Positions 1 through 12,516 of a DNA stretch of 47,760 bases are shown one piece after another. Source of the stretch: Tricharina praecox (taxonomy: Eukaryota); NCBI RefSeq assembly GCF_024521635.1, contig NW_026250410.1:1240001-1287760 (forward strand), read 5' to 3'. Below the pieces are notes generated by a model that ran no database searches, was not told the origin of the DNA, and saw only the letters and a program-made list of their open reading frames with translations. A program made the translations under genes and the position numbers. The stretch's first letter is position 1. The number at the start of each line of letters is the position of its first letter.

Positions 1-473
1 CTAGGCTGGAGATTCCTCGAACGACATGCCATCGGTGCATCGGTAAATCGGTATCGTAGGAGCTCTCGAGGTAGCGTACAGTTGTACATGCTTAAGGACA
101 GTGAGGTCGGCAGCTTATTGCAACAGCTCGTCCCTGTGGTTTTTTGAATCGCTCCCAGCCAACTATTCCGGCAAGCCACAACCGCACAACAAATAAGTCG
201 TTTCCGATTCCGAGTGCCTACCATACGTACTGCCTAAAGACGGAATATAAACACTCACACGGCCCTCCTCCTTTTCTTGCTAGCCCTACTAGTCTCCCGC
301 AAGATACATACTACATAGCTTTTCGCTCGCCATCTCCAATCTAATACATACTTGGCTCAACAGTACGAACATCCTCCTCGAGCAAAAGACATACCGCATT
401 CATTGGACGTCCTCCTTGACTATCGATTCCAGTGGTGCTTTCGTTCTTCTCTGAAAAAGACGAATACTTTTGT

Positions 474-1539
474 ATGAAAGACAACATGTGGGCCGACTAT
501 CCATTCCCGTTAATATCCACTCCGGCTGTTGACCGCGGCGTATGATCTCCTCCTCCTCCCCTTCTTCTGTTTTCCGGGCATATGGCTAATCGTTTTTGTG
601 GATATTCAGTACACCGACCAATTCGTCAAATCCTCGTCGAAAATGGCATTAACGCACAACGTCCTGATCCGAGGCATGAACGCCATGTACCTGCAGTGCG
701 AATACGTCACGCCCGACACGACCTACGACTTTCTGACGTTCTGCCAATGCTGGAGCGAGATGCTGCACAACCACCACGAGTGCGAGGAGATGGCGTATTT
801 CCCGGTAATAGAGAAGGCCGTTGGCGTCGAGGGACTGGCGGAGTCGAATTTGGACGAGCATGAGGTGCGTACTCTCTCTCTCCCTCCCGTCCTCGGATTT
901 CGTGTGTGTACAGTCGATGTCTGACGAACGTTTCCATCAACACAGGCCTTCATGCCCGGACTCCGTAAGTTCGACGACTACGTCTACAACGCCACGCCCT
1001 ACAATTTCTCGGGCCAGAAGCTCTACCAGATCCTCGACTCGTTCGCCGCGGCCCTGCAGATGCATTTGACCGACGAGATTGTGTGGATCCTCTCGCTCAG
1101 CAAATACAAGCACCTGGACCTAGCCGCGATTGATGTCCAGCACGGCATGTACGTGAAAGCGCACTCCTCGCGCCTCCGGCTGCTCCCGTACCTCCTCACG
1201 AACCACGACCTCACCTACGAAGGCGGGATTCACTCCTGGTGGCCAACGGGCAACAGAGCCCGCGATATGTTCCTGCGGTATATCTGCACGCTGTGGAATC
1301 GGGGCGCGTGGAAGTACAGTGCCTGCTCGCTCGGCGGGAAACCGAGGCGGCTCCAGGGGATAAAGTGGGATAAGCTCGACGACGTCACGGTCGAGACGGC
1401 TATGGTGGAGCTGGATATCGAGATCGGTCCCAAGCCGCCGGATAAGGCGTATACCAGGATTTCGAAGGAGGTGCCGCATGTCACGCATAGCCCGAGTGAA
1501 AGCCAGTTCAGCTCGAGGAGTGTGACGAGGCTAGTTTGA
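474..1539 (+). CDS. Hemerythrin/HHE cation-binding domain protein (~304 aa, 3 exons)
   Basis: Exons 474-539, 610-864, 946-1539. GT-AG introns 540-609 (GTATGA..CTAAT..CAG) and 865-945 (GTGCGT..CTGAC..CAG). N-terminus WADYPFPLISTP; metal-ligand pattern THN...HNHHECEE...EHE...HLTDE, typical of fungal HHE proteins. Alternative in-frame ATG at 486. Confidence 0.85.
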
Positions 1540-3112
1540 GTGAAGATACGAGTTTGAGAGGGTCGGTTTCGTTGGCGTTTTTCTTTTCTCATTGGGGAGG
1601 GGTTTGTTTTTGTTTTTGTTTTTGGAAAAATGGGGGTGTTACGTGATATAGAAACTCAGCTTTGTGATAGACGGCAACAAACGGTCGATTTTTTTTACCT
1701 AAATAGTTACATATTTACTTACTATAATAGTACAAGTACATACATGAAAACGCAAGATTCGAAGCAGAAGACGACCACAAAATTTCTCCCGTGAAGCCAT
1801 GAAGATGTGAGGATGATGTACCTATCATAGTAGGTGTGTCATAATCTTGCCACAACCGATCAGATATCATGATCACGAACATGCGCAGCAAACAACCGTC
1901 CAACCGTCCACTACTCCACTTTGGTTACGTGGGGCGCGGCAAATCCAACAGATAGTGAACGTATACCGGAGTAGGTAGTATTCCTACCTATGTACTTTAT
2001 CAACACTCAGCCGGCGAAGCGCCCACTCCTTCCAAGTTTCTAGGAAAGACATCCCACTGCCGGATGGACTTCCCTCCTGAGAGCACGCGTAACAACTGGA
2101 CTACTATATACCTATGAACGCCCCACGTTAATATAATGCGGCAGCATTAACCTGGTTGAAGGGCTGGGTGCACGTCCCTCCTCCGTCAGTGCCTACATAT
2201 GGCCATCGGCCGGGACCATTGTTGAAATTAATGCTTGAGTTTATGATTTTCAGGCAGAATGTGCGGTAGGATGTACCTATCGGACCGAGATTCACGATAT
2301 TGGGGCAGATGTGCTTGGTTACTATTTACCGGTACTAGTAGTAGATAGTAGTGCCGTGGTTGCGCATTATCTGTAGGTAACAAGTATCCATCAGGCCGCT
2401 GCATCGGGCACTCGGATCTGACCGATCTCGTCGTCCTCCAAGTTCCAGCCACGCCACTCAGCCTGTCATGTCCGGTCCCGGTCCAAGTGAAAATGGAGGA
2501 ACAAAAAATCAAAATCAAAATCACGATACTATGATAATAATCATTCAAATGAACCTCCACACCGGTTTACCAATAAAACTAGAGCTTGTTCATGGACTAG
2601 TACTAGGTAGTAGTGCAGTCGGCCTTCATCACGGCTCGGAACAGCACTGCCACTATCTTTCTCGCCGCTATCCTGGGATACAGCCCTGCCGATATATGTC
2701 GATATAGCACATTCGGTCGCCGCCTCCAATAACAACCAGTAGATATGTAACTATTCACTAATGATAACTCATGATGGCATCGTTGCGGTTGAAGTCTGCA
2801 TACCTACTAGTAGGTACTGGTTATCTCGTATGCGCTTGTTCGCGATGCCATCACGATCTAATGGTCTCTACTATAGCCGAAAGAAAAGGGGTGAAGACTG
2901 CCGCGTCACTCTCCAGGTTGCTGGGATCATGGCCATCACTCGCTCTCGGCGGCTCGGACCGGATTAATCAAAAGCAAACTAGTTCACCCTGGGCGGATCT
3001 GCACGGATGCTGACACCTGTCGTCAACTGCACAGGGACCCCACAGTGAATTCCTGTAGCAGCGGAAGTGAAAGCAACATCGATATCTATCTACATCTCCA
3101 TACACCGCAGCA

Positions 3113-3963
3113 ATGACCTCCTTCTCCCACCTCAATGACGCCGAAGAAAAGGCCAAGATGCTCGGCGGCGAGCTCTACCATGCCTTCGTCCCCTCGCTCG
3201 TCGCCGAGCGCGCACGCTGCAGCGCCGCCTGCCACGCTTTCAACTCGGCCAGTGGACTATCCCGCGTCGAGCGTGCAAACATGTGGAACGCGTATGTACA
3301 TCCGGCATTGCCGCCGCCGCCCGCTGACGCGTAAAGCATCACCAACACGCCCGCGTTTCCCGCCGACACGCCCGAAGACGCGCTCGAGAGCGAGCCCTGG
3401 GTCGAGGCGCCAGTCCACATCGACTACGGAACGCACGTCACGTGCGGCGAGAACGTGTTCATCAACTTCAACTGCACCATCATTGACACGTGCAAGGTGA
3501 CCATCGGCTCGCGCACCCTCATCGGCCCGAACGTCTCGCTGTACACCGGGAGTCACCCGCTCGACCCCGATGTAAGGAAGGGCACGGCCGGGCCCGAGTA
3601 CGGCAAGGAGATTCACGTTGGTGAGGATTGTTGGATTGGCGGGGGAGCTACGGTTCTTGCCGGAGTGACGATCGGGAAAGGCGCGGTGGTCGGCGCCGGG
3701 AGTGTTGTTACCAAGGTGGGGGATTCGATTTTCGCGAGGAAGGGGGATGAGTAAGAGGTTGTTGTGCTGATGGCGCTGGGGGACTACAGGATGTTCCGGA
3801 GTACGCAGTGGTCGCTGGAAACCCGGCGAAAGTTGTAAGACGGCTGCGACCGGTCGAGGAGAGCGTGCCACGTAATGACGCGCGGGCGCTGGTGAAGCGG
3901 CTAGAGGCCTTGGAGGCGGAGGTAAGGGATATCAAGGGACAGCTTGCGGCTGCCGCCAAGTAA
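3113..3963 (+). CDS. Maltose/galactoside O-acetyltransferase (Mac N-domain + hexapeptide left-handed beta-helix; ~243 aa, 3 exons)
   Basis: Exons 3113-3291, 3337-3715, 3790-3963; introns 3292-3336 and 3716-3789. Motifs [87 protein letters not shown]. Confidence 0.92.
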
Positions 3964-4036
3964 ATGTCTCGGAGGTGGAGGAGGTGAGGGATATCGAGAT
4001 TCGAGGGACAGCTTTGCGGCTGCCACGAAGGAGTAA
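3912..4036 (+). repeat. Degenerate tandem duplication of the last ~52 nt of the acetyltransferase CDS
   Basis: 3912-3963 GGAGGCGGAGGTAAGGGATATCAAGGGACAGCTTGCGGCTGCCGCCAAGTAA versus 3971-4036 GGAGGTGGAGGAGGTGAGGGATATCGAGATTCGAGGGACAGCTTTGCGGCTGCCACGAAGGAGTAA. Confidence 0.8.
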
Positions 4037-4239
4037 GCGGCTAGCGTACTGTGATTCGGGGGCTCTTGAGGTGGAAGAACAATAGAAAGACATGTATATT
4101 CCGACGTGTGAAACCACTGCATCTTTTGGTATGTGGCGGAATAGATGGAACTCAGTCAACACATTTATTCTCCACTGCTTGTCCACTCATCTTTCCTCTA
4201 ATCCCCATAAACCTTCAGTCATTTTCAATATCGCAAAAC

Positions 4240-5857
4240 ATGTCCGCAACCTCCAAACCCCATATCTTGATCATTGGCGCAGGAATCTCCGGTCTCTGCT
4301 TCGCCCTGCAGATACTCACCCACGCAAACAAATTCTATACCGTCACAGTCTTCGAGAAGGCACGCGGCCACCCCCCTCTCTCACCTTCATCGCACCGCTG
4401 ACATCCCCCCACAGTCAAGGACCGCGGACCCATCAACCGGCTTCTGCATCATCCTTTCTCCGAATGCAATCCGCGTGCTCCGCACGCTCTCGATCGACCT
4501 TGTCGCGATCGGAGCAGCGCGTCCACTAACACACACCCGCTTCCACTCGCACACCGGCTCTCTCCTTCTTTCGGCCGACCACGTCGTCCCCGGCGATCCC
4601 GAATCCCTCCTCACCGTCGAGCGGGGGAAGATGGTGCGCGCGCTTCTCGACCGCCTGCAAGAGCTCGGCGGAGTAGTGGAGTGGGACCACAAGCTCTCCA
4701 GCATCTGCACGGACGAATCCACCTCCACCGTCGAGGCTGTCTTTTCCTGCGGGCGACGGGCGACAGGTAGTCTCCTCGTGGGTGCGGACGGCACGTGGTC
4801 CTCCGTCTGTCACAGCATCCCGCAGCCGCACGCGCCGCTCTCCCCGCCGTGGAGCCTCCCCATCCTGCGCCTCCTCCGGTCTCCACTCCTCCTCTTCCGT
4901 TCCAAGGAGGAGGCATGGATGCCCCAGCCCACCCGCTGGACCGCACTCTACGGCATCACCCCGCCGCTGCCGGACCACCTCGTGACGCCGTACGGCGCGC
5001 TGCAGCTGTACGTGCGAGACGGAAAACCAGGCGCGTACGCGACGTACTCGCTCGGGGGCAACCGGCTATTCTGGATATGTTACGAGAGCAGCCGGCCATC
5101 CGCCGCCGCGTTTTCGGGCGAGGATGCGGAACGGACGAGAGATGAGTTCAAGAGCGCGGTGTATGGCTCCGAGGGCGGGTTCACGCTCGGCGACGTGATG
5201 AAAGATAGTCAGATGATGAAAGTGCGCTTGTGGCATGCCGTGTTTGAGAACGTGCGCGACGGCAGGGTCGTCCTCATTGGCGACGCGGCGCATCCGCAGA
5301 CTACGTTTCTTGGGCAGGGTGCGGGAAGGGGTATAGAGGAGGGAGCGGAGCTGCGGAGGGCGCTGTTGCGCAAAGCGTGGGGTGGGGAGGGGGCGGGGGT
5401 GGGAGTGAGTGGGTTCGTGGACGGTGCCAGGACGAGGGGGAGGGATGTGGCCGAGATGGGGTGGTGGGCGGGATGTACGGTCATGGGTGATTGGTGGTGG
5501 AGCAGGAAGGCGAGAGATTGGCTTCTGAGGTATCTTGCGTGGGACGAGAGGAGGTACAAGGAGAGATGTGCTAGGAAAAGGGAGGAGGCGAAGGCGAAGG
5601 CGAAGGATAAGTCGCCCGCGCTGGCCACGGTAAAGCCGGTGAAGCGGCAGGAGAATTGGCTGCTCGACTACTGTGTCCCCGTGGAAACAGAGGAAGATTT
5701 CTGGCTCGCGCAGAAGGCGAAGCTGAGAGAGGGCGAACAGGCAAAGGGATGGTGCAGTCGCTGTGGACAGGTGCTGCGAGTGCTAGCCTATGCACTTGTC
5801 TTCCTGCTAGGCGTCAAGTTCCTGCTTGTCATGAGGGTGGACGCGTCCATAGCGTAG
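4240..5857 (+). CDS. Class A FAD-dependent monooxygenase (salicylate hydroxylase/zeaxanthin epoxidase-like) with C-terminal hydrophobic helix (~520 aa, 2 exons)
   Basis: Exon 1 4240-4359 (ILIIGAGISG...VTVFEK); exon 2 4415-5857 (GFCIILSPNA, LLVGADGTWS, VVLIGDAAHP..FLGQGAG). They join in phase 0 through a GC-AG intron 4360-4414 with CTGAC branch point. C-terminal VLAYALVFLLGVKFLLVM. Confidence 0.88.
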
Positions 5858-8800
5858 AGTAGGCGTCGGTAATCGGCAATCGGATGGTTCGTTTAGTTTT
5901 ACGGATATGAATGAATTTTAGCCATACCATCATCAACCCGGGTCCCGAAGTCGTAGGTAGTCCATTGGCTCATCGTTTAATGAAGCGGCGAATCGAAACG
6001 TGTGGCCAGGAATAGCCGCGACAGTCGTCGTCGCGGATGAGGGATCATGGATATGAAGTTTTTGTGGCGTGAAAATCAGTCAACATCCAGAGCTTTTGAG
6101 AGCGGGGTAAAAACATGGCGAACTCTATCGTGAAGAACCGCAAGAACTCTGAACCATAATCAGCGACGTGAGTTGTGATGTCGTTAGGTATGACTTACCT
6201 AGCTCGACCGCGAACAATAAACATAAATTTACGGCCTTTACACGGTAGTTACATAGCAGGTGGTTAAGTATGACACCCAGGCCCCAGGCCGCTCCTCCTC
6301 TTCCTCCAGGCTCCTCCTGGAGGCTGGCTCCCTGCACGTAGCCCCATGACACTCCGTAAATTCATCACAGATTCATAACATCATGCGTGCGCCATGGGTA
6401 GGGGGAGAATGTCTAAGAATAACCCAACATCAACATGGTCTGTGCCGTCTTTTATGCTATCTACCCCGCCCGACAGTGGGCCGGCTAATTGTGCCCGCAC
6501 GACCGCCTCAAAAAAAACCGAAAAAACCGAAAACAAACCGAAAAGGAATTTTTAATCCTTTATCGTAATCCTCGTAAATTCCTCGGCGGCTATCACGGCG
6601 GGGATACCCAGCATATCCTGCGTGCTCAGTCCGCAACCGCAATCGATTGTGAATAGGTATCACATCGGAAAGGGATGGCGGGTGTTACAACAACCGTTGC
6701 AGTTGCGCTCCTGTCTATGCTGCTTGCTGCTTGATGCTTCTACTTTAAACTGCACGGTAAGCACTTGAGCGGCGGCGGCGGCGGGGAGAGAGGGGCAAGT
6801 AGGGCGGGGGTTGCTCGATCCACGTGCCGTCACTCGGAGACCAAGGGTGAACCCTTGTGGATGCAACCGTTTCTGCCTTGAATCTCATCCTTTCTATGAT
6901 GAATGTACTGCTCGGGGGATCAGGGGTAAGTGCACATCGACAAGCGGTAACCAGAACTCTTCCCCTAAGTACTCACTGCTTCCGCGCGCAGTGTCTGCTA
7001 CAGGCGTGGATGGCTGCTGCTTGTTGGTTTGTTTGTTCACTCGTTCTGCTTGTTTTGCTTCACTTCCGCGGACTGTCGATACTCCAGGTACTAGTGGTAA
7101 TAGAAGTAGTAGTAGTAGGTAGTAGCGCATTGTTGCTTGCTACATAGCCAAAGAATCCGAACGGGCCGCATCTGCCCACCCCTGGGCCCTGGGTCATAGG
7201 CTTCAGCCTTCAGGGCAGGACTCGAGTCTTGGTCCAAAGTCAAGACACTCGAATCCATGTTTCCCAATCGACGCCGCCACTCAACACTCTGCAGAAAAAG
7301 AAGAATCCTACATACCTTACAGCACGGCCGGTAGATGCCATGCGCACTCTGATAGGCCAGATTACCTACCTAGACGGTGGCAGAGATGTTGACCTCTGGC
7401 AGAGATCGGAGGGGAGAGTCCCATTCGGGCACTAGCAGCCGGAGATACCGCGCCTACCTGCCATGATGCGCATGGGAATGGGGATTGTTTGTTGATACCT
7501 AAAGTTGCTTTTTTGCCACTTGGGTGGGGTTCACTGCATTGAAGTCTTTAACGATTGGAGGTGGTGTCGGAGACATTAGAGTAGGTATGATCTGTGGTGA
7601 GGTTGCACTATTGGCTGCATGTTGAATTCGCCACGATGAGCATTTGCAAGTACCGTGGGTATTCAAGTACCTATGCAAGAGTACATATCTCAATGAGAAA
7701 GAAGTACTCCCACGCGCCATTCACTTACCATCACTCGTGCCCTGAATTGTTCCCAATCGATGAATAATCGTCACGACTCACGACATCACAATTCGCTCGC
7801 TCACGACAAAACCCCGCACACGGCACCACAACCAACCGATGTTACACAGCATCTTTGCAGCACATCGGGGATTGATATCGATGACTGGCTCGCTTGGCTG
7901 CTTAAGCGCTCCGTTGCTGACGCTGCATGCAGTTGCAGTGCGCTAGGCAGATGCTAGGTAAATAACTAACAGGGACGGGAGGCTAAACTGATGTGGGGCT
8001 GAACCACCCCCCTCCCCCCTTCGAGGCGATGTTGGTGGATGATGCCAGTTTCTTCAAAGTAGGGATGGCGGTGCATATCATGTTGGATTTTCTTCTGCTT
8101 TTTCTTTCCTTTTTTTTCTCTTTCGGTGGTGAGTTGAGCGTGGATCTGTTCACCGGAGGTAGTTGTTGGGGGTGATATCTGGGCGTGATATTGGGCTTGC
8201 TGGCGGTAACGTCGTCTTGAACACCGAAAATGGGTGGGTGATCGATGGCGTGAATGCAAATCCTGACCAATCAACGTGGGGCTTGTTGAAGTGAACCTTC
8301 TTCAAGCAGCCTTCCGGTGGCGACGAACTTGCTGATTGGCTCTCAGAGAGTTTCTCTTACTCCCGACGGACAGCCGGTATGTATGTACCTTATGCACACG
8401 CCGCCGCCACTATTTACGAAAGCCCCTCGATCGTGAATACCTGAAGTTCCTACACGCCGTGAGAGGTTGAAACAAAACGGGAGACGTTTGCACGGTGTGG
8501 TGGCGTGCTCGCATTGCGTACCTACATGAGTGCTCTCGACGGCGGCGCGGCAGGCGGCTTTGCGGGGAAGATCGGGACACCAAGAAGCTTGTTTTTATTT
8601 TACCTAGGAGGAGGAGGCTGGTGGATCGGGCAACTTGGTCTTCGTGGGCAGTGCTACCGTATGCGTTCGTCTCCCGAGACCTCCGCCGTCTTCGGAATCT
8701 TCACCATCTGGGCCGGCCAGAATTCCTGTGGCTGGCTGGCCAGTGGCCACTGCGGCCTACCGTGTTGCACAATACATATAGAGGCAATCCTTCAGGCTGA

Positions 8801-9924
8801 GTTCAGCGCTTCGGTTTTTGCAGCATAACCCAACAGTCCAACGATCCTTCAGGAAGACACCTCTCTACATACCTACATAATTACTCTAGATCTCTTGGGC
8901 CTTCACACGCATATGCATCTCTTCACATCCACTCTCCAGGCACACTACAATTTCGAGGGGATTTGGATCTTCAAGATGGGGCCAATCGATGCCTATTTTT
9001 AGCTAGGAACGACGGAGGAGGTAGTACTATATTGTAGAGTACATATAGGTAAGTAACGACTCACGAGTGAGTCTGGCAGCTGGTAGGAAGTTCCCTGGCC
9101 GTCATTGTCGGTCTGTCGTTCTTCACAAATCTGTAGATACCTCATACTCTACATCCTATACCTACTCTTCTTACGTCTCTGCCCTTTCCTCCAGAGTTGC
9201 CTTAGGCCTGTCCGTGCGGTCGCTCCCATGCATCATGCAAAGCTGGAAGTTCGCCAAACAACTTTTTTACAAGGGCTGGGATGCAGTTGGGGTTGGGCGA
9301 GTCGGCGCGTAGAGAGTGAAGCGAGTCCGTCTGATTGGCGGAGCCCGGTACCGCCCCCACGAGTCGACAGGGAAACAAAGTGGCTCACGAGCCATTTAGC
9401 TGCCCGTCCCTAAGTCGAGCAACTCGTCGTGCCTATCAGTACGCAGATCTCACTCCCATGCACCACCAAGCTTGCAGAACTTCTCTGCCGAAGTGTGGAA
9501 CTCACCCAATCGCTGCTCTCCAAGCGCTTCCTGCGACCCATCGAACGTTGGCTTGGTGGCCCCCCCGCCTTTCCTACTCTTGCACGCCGCTGTAATGCGA
9601 TGATGCTGTACGTTTCTTGTGGTGGCTCAGGTGGGCTGGCCCGCGAGCATAAAGACCCACCATCTTCCCCCCATTTCGAGTTCTCTTTTCCTTTCTTCCC
9701 CATCAACGAGCAAGTCTCTTTATCATTCACTCTTCAGGTATTCGAGCTAGTCTCTTACCTTTTTTTCTCGCTTTTAGTTTATTCCCAAAGACCCGGTGTC
9801 TTAATTCTTTTCACTCTACCTATTCAAACTTTTTTCCAAGTCTGCAAGCCAGCAAATCAATATCATTAATTTACCCAATCTTCACGTTTACTAATAAATC
9901 CCCCCCACCTAAACCTTACTCATC

Positions 9925-10811
9925 ATGTCTACCTCTGCTGCCGGAACCACTTTCAACCTCCGAACTCCCGCCCACATCAAGAGCTGCCACGTCACGGGCT
10001 CTTGGGACAACTATGGCAAGCGTTACCAGATGACTCCCGACCCCGCTGCCGGCGCCGGATACTGGACTTTGACGCTCAAGTTCGGTGCCACCATGGCTCC
10101 CTCGCGCTACTTCTACTACGTATGTCATCTCGACGATCTGGAGACGGGCCTTGTCCTCCCTACCCCCACGCTCGTGAACATCCCCGCTAACGCACCCCGC
10201 AGTTCATCCTCGATGGCTACTTCGAGTCCCACGACCCCAACATGCAGACTATTGTCGAGCCCAGCCGCAAGCTGACTCTTAACATCCTCGACTACGGTAT
10301 TCCCTCCTCGCCCGCTTCGACCACCTCGTCCCGCTCGTCCCGCCGTTCTTCCCCCTCTTCCGTGTCCTCGCCCACTTCGTCCGTGCGCTCCTCGAAGCGC
10401 TCCGGAGGTGTCTACGACCTGCCCTCCCCGCTCGCGGATTCGTCCGAGGACTACTACCACCACTCCAACCATGGCCGCACTCGCTCTCCCCACCGCCAAC
10501 AATCCGAACTATCGTACCTCGTCCACCCCCAGCCCCGCAACCCCTTGGCTGCCCACAAGCTCACTCTTGACACCAACTACTACGCCGGCCGACCCGTCAG
10601 CGTCATGACCCACGCTGCCACCACTGCCGGCGCCGGGAGCCCGTCCTCATCTCGCTCCGGATCTTCTTGCGGGTCGCTTTCGTCCCGCGGATCTTCCCCG
10701 CTCACTCCCTACGACAGTGATGATGAGGACCGCTACGTGCGCTACGCCCCGGCCCCCAAGGGTGCTGATGAGGACCTGTCCTACCGTCTTGAGCGCAGCC
10801 TCCGCATGTAA
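9925..10811 (+). CDS. esdC: EsdC-like protein: N-terminal AMPK-beta-type glycogen-binding (CBM48) domain plus Ser-rich disordered tail (~267 aa, 2 exons)
   Basis: Exons 9925-10119 and 10203-10811; intron GTATGT..GCTAAC..CAG. Spliced sequence FNLRTP..KSCHVTGSWDNY...YWT...RYFYYFILDGYFESHDP...EP...LNILD matches my recollection of Aspergillus EsdC (GSWDNY, RYWYYYIMDGYHVSHDP, LNILD). Confidence 0.8.
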
Positions 10812-10925
10812 ATTCGTCACCGATAAATTTGAATAGTCTCAGCGCCACTGCGCCGACTGTTTCTACCCCGACGATAATACGAGCTCAGGCCCTACCGACT
10901 GACGAATCTTATACGATTATTTTGA

Positions 10926-10949
10926 GTGTGTGTGTGTGTGTGTGTGTGT
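10926..10949 (+). repeat. (GT)12 microsatellite in the esdC 3' region
   Basis: Direct reading. Confidence 0.95.
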
Positions 10950-11597
10950 TTGCGGCGTGCATAGCGTGGAAAGGAGCATTTGAACCGGAGTTTGGGATAT
11001 ACGGATATATGGGACGATCATTGCGGATACCGAAAGGAAATACCTACCAACTAGTACTACTACTGCATAGCGTTGCAATACAGACCTCGCGGACCAGCCA
11101 TCGCAGCGACGAAGAACCAAAAAAATTTGTTTTTTCATGCGCTTGCTTTTTGTGTTGTCTGCCTTTTTTTTCCTTTGTTTTATTTTTGATGTCATTATTA
11201 CTGCCCCTTGAGGATCTGTCGGGATTTGGGTTCGGTGTTTTGTTCGGTGCGATGGTGGGGTCGCGTTCGGGGACGCCTGGATGTTGGTCTTTCTGTTGTG
11301 GTGTGCGGGATCCGGGTCGGGTGTCGGCGGGGAGAGGGGGAGGAACGGGCATTTATGTGTGTCAGTGTGTTAGTGTGACAGTGCGCCTTATGATGAATGG
11401 AATGAGATCAAGTTCGAACATTTGGACCGTGGCGGTGATGTGAATCTAATCGTCAATAAGGCGGCGCGAAACTGCGAAGTTAAGCGGCAGGACAGTTCCG
11501 TCTGACATCGAGGAGAATTCATACGTCCCTGTCTGAGGCAGGTAGACGACAATAGATGGATGGTAGACGGACACTTGAACACAGAATATCGAGCTGT

Positions 11598-12123
11598 CTA
11601 TAGTAGAACGCCAAAAACCCACCCAAAGCAACTAAACTCTCTCACTCCGACGCAGGAACTCTTCTGACGCAGCACCCTCCGCACTCCCCGGAAGCCGCGG
11701 TGATGGTAGATGAAACAGTCGTACTCCAGCAATTTACTAGCCGCGCCGCGCCGGTGCCAGAACCCCCCCCTTTCAGCGTATCAAAGTCCCCCTTGATCAG
11801 CCCACGCCTCACCAAGCGCCACATCGAATCCTCCATAAGCACAGCTCGCCAGTCAGTCTCAACCACACTCACCCCGGGCGCGGCGCGGTTGTACTCGTCC
11901 TTTGCGACGAAGACGACGTTCCCGCTGGGATTGGGATTTGTGCACGCGACGAAGACCAAGTGATGGCGGCGGAAACCGCGGCGTAGAAGGCCTCCGCTGC
12001 TCGCTGGCCTGGCTGACGCAGTCGCAGCAGTATATATGGAAGGTGGCGGGGAAGTGTTATGGCTGTGGTGCTGCTCGCTGAATGTTCGTTGGAAGGATTC
12101 GCTGTTTTAATGGTGAGAATCAT
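11598..12123 (-). pseudogene. Possible frameshifted gene remnant of unknown function
   Basis: Three consecutive GC3-rich, protein-like frames: MILT...AAEAFYAAVSAAI / LVFVACTNPNPSGNVVFVAKDEYNR...LIKGDFDTLKGG / GGFWHRRGAASKLLEYDCFIYHHRGFRGVRRVLRQK...VLL*. The second shift falls in a G8 run (11763-11770). No family recognised. Confidence 0.3.
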
Positions 12124-12516
12124 TCAACGTCGGTCACGGCATGAGGAACCTCTGACGGGACTCAACTAAAAGGGGTGGCTTGGATCGAAGATACTGTGGA
12201 GGGACTATGAGCTCTACTAGTGTCTATTGAGATTGATTTGCGCAATTCATCTGCCTACCTAGCTAGGGATGACGACTGATATCGAGTGACCTTTAATAGT
12301 GGGAAGTAATTGAATAACCGAGTGCAATTGGATGAGTCGCTACTAAGATAGTGGGGTACCGTATATACTTGTCGGCCTGACAAGTCGTTCAATCGCGCAG
12401 ACTTAATCCAATCGCCGGGACCTTCAAAGCCATAAACTGCGATTTCTAAAAAGCATCTACCTATTGACCACCCCACTAACTACAACAATCAAGTGTATAT
12501 CCATCCGCATCCTTCT

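Noticed and set aside
3113..5857. Secondary-metabolite cluster (acetyltransferase + monooxygenase)
   Set aside because: No PKS, NRPS, terpene synthase or cluster regulator in the window, and the acetyltransferase is the housekeeping hexapeptide type.
8495..8828. Overlapping ~100-aa ORFs in the esdC upstream region
   Set aside because: No recognisable domain, no consistent exon structure and no clear codon bias.
10829..11443. 204-aa hydrophobic ORF after esdC
   Set aside because: TTG start and spans a (GT)n microsatellite and T-rich 3' UTR; the hydrophobicity is a composition artefact.
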